Virus record (IMG/VR): IMGVR_UViG_3300009152_000029
Length of the DNA stretch: 64,000 bases
Reading direction: 5' to 3' (one strand)
Source of the DNA: an uncultured virus (IMG/VR IMGVR_UViG_3300009152_000029)
Lineage: Duplodnaviria; Heunggongvirae; Uroviricota; Caudoviricetes
Position numbers and translations under genes: made by a program. This document shows positions 30,001-38,300 of this stretch, one piece after another (the first letter of the stretch is position 1; every line of letters starts with the position of its first letter). A model generated the notes under the pieces. It was given only the letters and a program-made list of their open reading frames with translations. It was not told where the DNA came from and made no database searches.

Positions 30001-32380
30001 ATACCAGATAACTTGTTTGCACGTTCATAATGGAAAAGCTTACGCTGGGACAAACTATGGCTTATTATTCGCATCTTTTAACGGTGAATTTTGGTCAGTT
30101 GTTAATGCAAAAGATCCATTAAGCTTGACAAATTACAAGTTGATAAAACCAATATTGTGTTTGACATCTCTTGGTAATGACTTGTTTGTAGGTACATCAA
30201 AGGGCACAACTACTGAATGCTCAATTTACAAATACGATGGCAAGAAACTATCAGAAATTAAAACCTTTTCTGCATTTGATAAAGTAAGCGCATTAGCTGC
30301 TAAAGAATTTACTTTGTTTGCAGCTTTGGGTGGAGACTATGGAAGCAAACTTTCAGCAGTTTACAGCTATTACAACTCTACTTGGACTCAAACACTTTCT
30401 TCAAATTTTGACAATGTTGAAACACTTACAAAAAGCGTAACAAGAAATTCTTTAATTGCAGTTTTTAGGGGCGGTCAAGTTTGGGAATTGTCTTACATTG
30501 GTTCAACACCCAAAACTTGGTCAAAAATTTTCGATACTTATGCAGATCACGTTTACTTTACTTACGATGATCCAAATGGTTCGTACATCTATATATCTGC
30601 AGACAATGGTATTTATGGATATTTCAAATCTGTTAATGGCTTCAAAAAAATTGTTTCACACAATTATCTTACGGAACATTTAAATGTTATTTGGAGATCG
30701 TATACAGGCGCTGGAATAACTTGGACTGATATTGGTGATATTGAAAGTTATAATTTTATAGCATTCAATAATCAAACTTCTACCATAAATTACAATGGTG
30801 GTTTTGCAACTTCAGTTTCTGTTCCGGCAGGCTTTACAAATTCTTCTTTAACTTATGAAGGAGCATTGCTGTCTTCTAAAACAGGCAATCTTTCCTTTAG
30901 AATAGATTCCAGTGTAGGTTATAATTTATTTATTAATGATTCTTTGCAAATTAGCAACTACAATACTTCAGCGGCAGTAACAACAAAATATTCTACTAAT
31001 GCATTTACTGTCACAGAGGGAGATATCTTAAAGCTTAAGTTACAGACTACAAATAATGTTGGGACAGGGACTACACTCAAGCTGTATTGGCAAAGATCTA
31101 CAGACGAATCGTTTGAAATTGTCCCAGCAGAACAGTTCTTAGGTGTGTCAAGAATAAAATCTGTTACAAGCATAGGCAACACTTTTTATGGAGCAGGTGT
31201 TGATGGCAGCATATATCAATTTACTCAAACACCTTATGAGAACAATGAAAGAAAAATATATGTAAGACTAAAGGATGAAGCTGGCAATATTCAAGGAGTA
31301 GCTCTTCCAGCCAATTCTTCAGGATTTGAAATTATAAATGATAAGATGGTTCAAACTTCTAATGTTGGAAACAATCCTAATTCTTTCATTCAGTATTCAT
31401 CCACCACAGTAGTAAGCAATACAAATACTACTATCAATCCTGTCACTGGAAATACTCAAAATAATCAAACAAATAATCCCACTCAAAATCAAACTGATGC
31501 AAACACAACACCTACAAATACTATAGTAAACAATACAAATAATCAAAATCTATCTACAACAAATAATTCTGGTGTTATATATCAAATTCAGAAAAATGCA
31601 GATAACAGTTTAACAAGAAAAGGTATTTATGTTCCAAATTCAAGAGAATATTCAATTTTTGCACCAGACAGAAAAGTTAGAGAATATGGTCTTTATGAAC
31701 CTCAGCCAATTTACGTACCAACCTTAATTACTTGGACTGAATTAGTTGCTTTAATTTTAAATAAATATCCAACAACAACAGATTCAAGTTTAGATTTTGG
31801 AACTGAAGTAAATATATATATCAAGACAGGCAACACTAGATCTGAGTGTTTGGCATCAAATTACAGTGATGCTACTACACTTTCATCGATCAATGAGCCT
31901 ACAGCAATTACTACTACTCAATCCTTAACTGTAGACTTATCGCCTTATTCTGGTAAATGGATACAATATAAAATAGAATTAGTTTCTGCTACCCCTAATG
32001 TGACTCCAGAGTTACTTTCATTAACTCTTACATACACATCGTCATCTGGAAGTTATTTCTTCACAAAGATGTTTGACACAACAGATTATGATTCTGATGC
32101 TCCATTGATTAAAAGAGGATTGCTTACATCAAATGAGTTAAAAAATAATGGAAGCATAGTTTACGGATATACAATTTCTGAAGATTCAAACGAAACATAT
32201 AATTTTGAAAATTTCAATATTATTACACCAAATACCACATTCGAATTACCAGAAGCGTCTAAAACTATAAGATTTGGAATATTCCTTACTTCTACTGGGG
32301 TTGTGCCTGCAATGGTCTATGATTTTGCCGTACAACTCGATATAGGAGATGCTTCAATAAAATTCAATCCTGCTCCATAG
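27005..32380 (+). CDS. Giant putative virion protein (1791 aa): about 4 SwmB-like repeats, beta-sandwich, beta-propeller, PA14 domain, N/T/Q-rich linker
   Basis: N-terminal repeats (STDGSKVFVYY...GFAV...LQL...VTLTY...IRD...VAVTN). PA14-like YEGAL...GNLSFRIDSSVGYNLFIND...LKLYWQ...EIVP at about 30680-31140. Low-complexity segment at about 31405-31570. Confidence 0.7.
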   Translation: MEINNNFIAFSGASPGISTSLTNLSYTSYDGQRIYLNFDDIDSSGLEPSSGLQLRFSVTKKFGSSIAGTVTPTATFIDSRTPKTLELILSSSDRLVDSSYDGSGIALTAQTVFVSYNASSFGTTVPKLSDNDTQKSFVSSFIGVGITNLTKEARPPLYNYSTTSTDGSKVFVYYTEATPPILPVSSIAGFAVSQNNAGIAITNAYVLDPTSATLGKIVVLQLQSKISLNDGTNPVTLTYNPPSSDVFKIRDSTGTGLTYASALSGVAVTNLSSETTRPVVVNTQTSVGGLAFVQVVMSELTQPGSSATGFSVYDVVLGQYKPIASVTDFPTTYNGLDVTQYDLLITAGISPTDIITLSYSKQSSNFITDQSTNLNELANFSNRAIINRRRGVLPLSPSGTYSATAATTSYVSTNGSEIFLDFNLNKSYPALPGTGISGFQVFIDGQYSPVKTASSGSTGSDHNVKLTLYNKVAFGSSVEISLQNGNLQLYGGSGYGTVRNFEPVLIQNNSSYDLNGFFDTRYWNDALNNVQTFDFKIEDQNVDIFVKSDFYPTASVIYDTHPPKGIVILNRNADDVDPGIKVHYFSGLGYSSITETQSNTLSDFSFTSLRTAVKITSPRNQNISTIYLKLKKSGTILNLGDKVNVALYTNDSVTDSPSTLLGTFSSIQFNDLTTSYEEYTFSNTGISLSEDTEYWIDITLDNLPIAVTGTVKIDLATFTSTDNEIAYYDDTELSWVRLADKTAYNKLTAFNTASSELPSTDYLLDIFESPIKSVDVYGGSSDLSKFEVIGNEQSNYIYKKFDPVVVDESNSSNNIYPTITNLVVGATAKNTKIYKCQIKTTRTSDWVDLFENIADQETLDYLNFTFDTPTSLYAARLAYHGDYFTIDQRAEVTIAAYDEFSDVVSAQISRFEDFRDATNFPNADSKGFIDFSAGETTFQNVDLTNAAYLWSKKTGNATSEITAITSFNEKILIASNNKMFVYFNGEVYEILNESLVTEKYQITCLHVHNGKAYAGTNYGLLFASFNGEFWSVVNAKDPLSLTNYKLIKPILCLTSLGNDLFVGTSKGTTTECSIYKYDGKKLSEIKTFSAFDKVSALAAKEFTLFAALGGDYGSKLSAVYSYYNSTWTQTLSSNFDNVETLTKSVTRNSLIAVFRGGQVWELSYIGSTPKTWSKIFDTYADHVYFTYDDPNGSYIYISADNGIYGYFKSVNGFKKIVSHNYLTEHLNVIWRSYTGAGITWTDIGDIESYNFIAFNNQTSTINYNGGFATSVSVPAGFTNSSLTYEGALLSSKTGNLSFRIDSSVGYNLFINDSLQISNYNTSAAVTTKYSTNAFTVTEGDILKLKLQTTNNVGTGTTLKLYWQRSTDESFEIVPAEQFLGVSRIKSVTSIGNTFYGAGVDGSIYQFTQTPYENNERKIYVRLKDEAGNIQGVALPANSSGFEIINDKMVQTSNVGNNPNSFIQYSSTTVVSNTNTTINPVTGNTQNNQTNNPTQNQTDANTTPTNTIVNNTNNQNLSTTNNSGVIYQIQKNADNSLTRKGIYVPNSREYSIFAPDRKVREYGLYEPQPIYVPTLITWTELVALILNKYPTTTDSSLDFGTEVNIYIKTGNTRSECLASNYSDATTLSSINEPTAITTTQSLTVDLSPYSGKWIQYKIELVSATPNVTPELLSLTLTYTSSSGSYFFTKMFDTTDYDSDAPLIKRGLLTSNELKNNGSIVYGYTISEDSNETYNFENFNIITPNTTFELPEASKTIRFGIFLTSTGVVPAMVYDFAVQLDIGDASIKFNPAP

Positions 32381-32386
32381 GGTAAA

Positions 32387-35300
32387 ATGTCAAGTCGAAC
32401 TTCTATTTATAAGTTTTTATATTCTCAATTTGGTGATATTTGGTATCCAGGTTATGACTACGAGAATATGCTTAGTGTTGAATCTCAATTTCAAGGTGTA
32501 TATTCATTCTTTGCACCTAGTATAATTTCTGGCTGGCAAGTAGAAAAACTAACTGACAATAGAGCAGATCAACTGTTGCTTTTAGATGGATATGTAGAAA
32601 GCACAACTTCAGAATATGGATACAAATTAGATTTATTAGATTTAGCATTTTCTGTAACTGCAAAAACTGCAACAACTTCAAATATTACTCTTACTGGTGC
32701 TCAAACAATAGATGGTATATCTGTTGTTGCTGGAAATATTGTTCTTGTAAAAAACCAATCCACTGCATCACAAAATGGTGTTTATACTGTTGCTTCAGGC
32801 GCTTGGTCCAGACACTCATCATTAAATTCATCTTCAGACTATACAAGTAATTATGTTGTCTACGTTGAAAGTGGTGACGACAACGAACAAACACTTTGGC
32901 TAGGAGCAGTTTCAGCAACAAATTTTGCATTAGGTTCAACTAATCTATATTTTGATAATGCTTTCAAACAATGCGTCAAAGTAAGTTCAGGAAGAGGCAT
33001 ACTAGATAAATATGCTGCTATAACAGAAAAATCTTATTATTTCAGATACACCGTAAATAATACATTTTATGTTTGGGCTGAACCTGGAATATCAACTTTG
33101 CAAGATGAATTTTGCGAAATAGTATCTCCTCAAAATCCAGATAAAAATTACGATTCATATTCTAGCGCTTTATATTTAGCAGAAATAGTAGTTGAATCAG
33201 ATACAACCTATGCTAACTACAATATCGTTTCAGAAATAAAATATTCCACTAAAAGAAAACAATTTAACGAGACACTAGGCGATTTTCAAACTAATCTAAA
33301 CTTGTCTTATCTGAAGCACAAACATTTGGGTGATAAAAATTCTGCATCCAAAATTAATTTAAGAAATTACCTAGTACTAAATGCAAGCAATTACGATGAG
33401 TCTAATACATACAGTAATACAAATATTTTCCTTCTAAGAAGAACAAGCGGTGAAATATTCTCTGATGATATTGCTGGATATGGCGAAGCTATAGTAAAAC
33501 TTGATGGACAAACATTAGCTGCACAAGATTACAATATATACAAATCTGGCAATTCGTATAAACTATTCTTAACATATTCTATAAAACAAACTTCAGCTCT
33601 CAAAGTGTATTTACCAATAGCTAAATCTTTAAAATTGTATGTAGTTGATTCAAGTCAACAACTACTTACATCAGCTTTAGTTTTGCAATCATATAAAAAA
33701 TTAAGTAATGGAATAATTACACAGCAAGTAAATGATGATGGTTCAATTACTGATATATATGAATTATTTTCTTGGTCAAATTTTGATTACAGAGATTCAA
33801 TTGTAAAAATAAACAATGTTACAATTGATCCTATTCATTATAGAATAAATCCTACTTCTGGAACAATTTATCTCAATAAATCATTTCCAAATTATGATGA
33901 TTACACATTTGAAGATTTGTCAATTACTGTAAGCGAAAATGTTGAAGAAGTTACTAATTCTTTGCCGAATGAAAGAATAAGTAATATATCAGCAAATTCT
34001 GTACTGTCTGGTAAAGTGAGTATCAAAAATTTAATTCTCAATCACTATTCAGATAATTTACACAAAGTAAACTTAACTTTCACTCCAAATAAATTTTTAG
34101 TTACTGGTATTGGCAAAAGTTATTTTTATCCTCACAATACTAATTCAAAAATTCAATATTATGATGATATTACAGTTTTTCTTGAAAGCCAAAATATTAT
34201 TAGTAATATCCCACAATTTTTTGCAGCTTCTTCTAGAGGACTGTTTTCTTTCAACATAAATAGTAATTTAGCATCTGATTTTACATCTTGGAAAAATGAT
34301 TATGGAAAAATAGTTTCTTTACAAGATAATATTTTGCCTGATGAAAATTACTTCAATAATCTTTATGCAGTCACATCAAATAATAGAGTTTTTTACAAAG
34401 ATGTTACTGATAAATGGACTGAAATAAAATATCCTAAGAATAGTACTTTTCAAAGTTATTCTATTAATAAATTTATCGTTTCTAGCGACAAACTAGTGGA
34501 CGAAAGTTATCAAACTTATTACTATTCAACTACTTCTGATAAAATATTTTATGCAGTCATTCCTGAAAATGAAGCTGTACAAAATTGGGATTGGATAGAA
34601 ATTTCAAATTACTACGATTCTTCTGGGACTGCTATAACAACATTGAACGGTATCTCTGATATTAAAGAGATAAATCCTAAAAGAATTACATATGTTGAAA
34701 ACAAGCCTGATGAAATAACTTACGATCATTTTATTTATGTTGCTAATAATGATAATACTGATAAAGGTATTTACGTAGGCGATCAAAGTCAAATATCTCA
34801 AATTTATTCTGAGAAAGTAAATGGTATTTATGTAATCCAAAATAATGATTACAAAAACAATATGCTTTGGTGGAATGATTACGATTTATATCTTACACAC
34901 GCTGCAAGATATATAGAAGATGCAACTGGAAAATATTGGATTTTGCCTTTCAATGATTCTTCTGCTTCTTACACTTCTGCTGCCGTTGCCACATCATCAA
35001 ACATTAACCTATCTGGATTGCAAACCATTGATGGATATACTCTTTCTGCATTAGATAGAGTTTTAGTAAAAGACCAAACCGACAAGAGAACTAATGGAAT
35101 TTATCTTGCTGCTTCTGGTGGCTGGTCAAGAGCTACAGATTTGGATGTTTCTTCAGAATTTGTAAGCTATAAAAAAATTAATGTTACTAATGGCACTGTT
35201 TTTGGATCAAGCGTTTGGTTTTTGAAACCTAATGACTCTTTTAATTTAGGAACGTCAAATTTAGAATGGGATGTTTATAAGTTAAAAGTTTATTCTACTA

Positions 35301-38300
35301 ACACTCCCTCTGGCGCAAGTGCAAGATCCATCATTACTTGTGCAACAGAAAGAAAAAGCTTTAGATTTTTTAATGAATATTTTATTGGACATTCAAATGG
35401 TGTTGCAAGAATAAAAGATTTTTCTGTAGACAATACAACAATTTCAGCATCAGAATTGTATTGGGAACCATTGTTTCAAGGAAGTGTAAATACTCTATTT
35501 AGTTATGATGATGGAACTAATAGTGGCAAATTATACGCTGGCACTACAAATGGTATATTCATAAGCTCTGATTTACTTTGGGAAGATGATACGAGCAATT
35601 ATTCTTTTATTCTTTCTGGATATAAATGGAAAAGACCAAATGATACTTTTGGAGCAATAGAACCTAATTTTGTAGTTTACAATTCAGACTATCAAGCTAT
35701 AAACGATTTAAGCTTAATTTATAATTATCAACTAGTTTCAACAGGTACGTCTTACGTTTCAGGCGAGCAGCTTTATTACGAAAACAATTTCACTACTTTT
35801 AATACGGATCCTTGGAGTGTACATTCAAATACACAAACTCGAAATATGGTTTATATAAATAATAAGCCAAGTTCAATACCATTTTTTACAAATTCTCTAG
35901 AAGGTACAGTTACTTTCTTGCAGTCAGTTTCAAAAGATGATTTAGAAAATATAACACTTTCTGTTGTGAGTGAAAATCCAGCAATTACAAATTCCGGTAC
36001 TAAACCTCACAGCTCAACATTCGTACCTATATCAAGAACAAGTTTACCAATAGCAAAACTTTGGAAGGACAATATCAACTCAGATACAACTCTTCTACTT
36101 AATCAAAGAATTTCGTCTTATGATTTGTTACTGTTAAAAAACGAAACAACTTCAGAACTTGTTATAGTCAAGTCAATAGACAATACAGTATTTCCTATAG
36201 AGGTTGTGCTAATATCTGCAAGATCATCAAGTGGAATTTCATTTTTGAAAAACACTGAAGTCTATGGAGTTGCTGATGATGTTGTATCTGGATTAGAAGA
36301 TGATATTTATGTCCTGAAATCAAAACAAAAATATTATTTAGATTCTTCTAATAATCAAAACATCCAAGAATTAGCCAGAAGTCTTAAAGCTGGCATATCT
36401 ACAGTATTTGACTTTGTAGCTCCAGTAGTATCACAAACTGATACAAGAGGCCTTAAAAATACCCTTTTAGTAAGTAATTTCCTATCTTCCAGTACTTTAG
36501 ACCCTGACAACTCTTCATACAAGAAAAGAACAGAATTAGTCCCCTCTATAACAGATCCAGAAAGTGATCCTGTTATGATTAGAGCAATCTTAAGTCCTGA
36601 AAAAACTGGTGAAAATACTAAAATTGCTACTGATTTAGGTGTTTGGAAATGTGTCAATAATAAATGGGCTTTAGACTCTATTCTTGATAATGCTTCAGAC
36701 ACTGCATATATTGTTCAAAATCCTGAGTTAGACATTTTAGTCGGAGCAACAAATGGCTTATGGAAATACAATACTACTTGGACAAAAGTTGATGATAAAA
36801 AACAAAATTGCTATCTGAAAGGTTTTTGGAACGGTCTTTTGTTTGAAGCTTTTGGTAAATCAGACGGCTTATCAATCAAGATTTATGAAAATGGAACTTT
36901 TACATCTGATTTCTTGAAATTAACAAGCTCTAATATAAACGGTTTCTTCAAGGGGCAGTACATCAAGATTGGTTCTGGCACTACTCAAATTTATGAATCT
37001 TTACACGCTTCAGGAGATGATGGATATTATGTTTTAGGCTATCAAGCAAATAATTCATCTTTTGGTCAATTTATAAATCCAAGAAAAATGTTTGCATCAG
37101 GAAATCCAGATGGAGTTACAAGATTCTATAATTCCTTTCAAGCATATTCTGTTCCAACATCTTCTGCAAATAGTCTTTATGCAAATCCATTATTTATTCT
37201 TACCAATGATGGGTTAATCAAAGTAAAAAACTGGAAGTATTCTTATCCTGATAATCTTGGTTCTTCAGATTATGTAGTTGACCAGAGATATTTACGTAAT
37301 ATTGAATGTCTCTGTTACGCTATCGATACTGACACTGCTATTGGGTCAACTCCAGGAAAATCTAAAATATTTATTGGGACAAACAAGGGTGTTTATAGAT
37401 CGTTTGATGAGGGCAATTCTTTTCATAAAACTGAATTTATGGGAACAAATCCATCTTCAGTATTTGATTTGAAAATATTTTTATCTTCTTTCAATTCATT
37501 AACTCAAAATGTTTTATTAGCTGCAACCAATAATGGTCTTTGGTATACTTTAGATGATGGAGACAATTGGTACAGGACTGGAGAAAATACTAGTGAAGGA
37601 TATTCTCCAGTATTATTTGAGTCTAAACCAGCAAGTCAGATAAAGTTTGTCGCTAATGATTCAAACACTGTGGGATACCTGGCACAAACATTTACTACAG
37701 CTTCAACGGCTAACACAATTACTAAGGTGTCTGCATATGTGACTGTAAGAGACCAAGATAGTCTTTCAAATGCATCTTATAATGATAGTGTTACGAATTC
37801 ATCATTGATCGCATATGTTTATTCAGTTGACTCGAATAGTAAGCCTCAAACACAATTAGCTTCGTCTACGTCCATAACTTCCTTAAGTGTAAGGCGAGAT
37901 GGATTTACTACTTTTGACTTAACTTCAGACTTAGACATTCCTGGTTCTGGTGTCACTACCTTGGCAATTGTTATTAAGGAAACATCAAGTTCAGTTCCTT
38001 TGTTCAATTGGAGAAAATCAACTCAAGTAAATCCCGTTTCCGGCGCTGCATTTACAAGTGTGAATGGTTCTACTTGGTACGAACAACTAAATCAAGATTT
38101 TTTCTATAAAGTTCATTATGATATTAACTCATCACCCACAGACACTATTGTATCTGTTGGAAATTATGATAATTCTGAAGTAAATTGGGAAACTGGTGTT
38201 TTCAAAGGTGTTCTAGCTAATGATAGTGGTCATTTAGTTTTAGATTCAAAGTTTTTAGTTTCCAATGTTTTTGATAGTTCTAATTCTGTAAATAGAGCTT

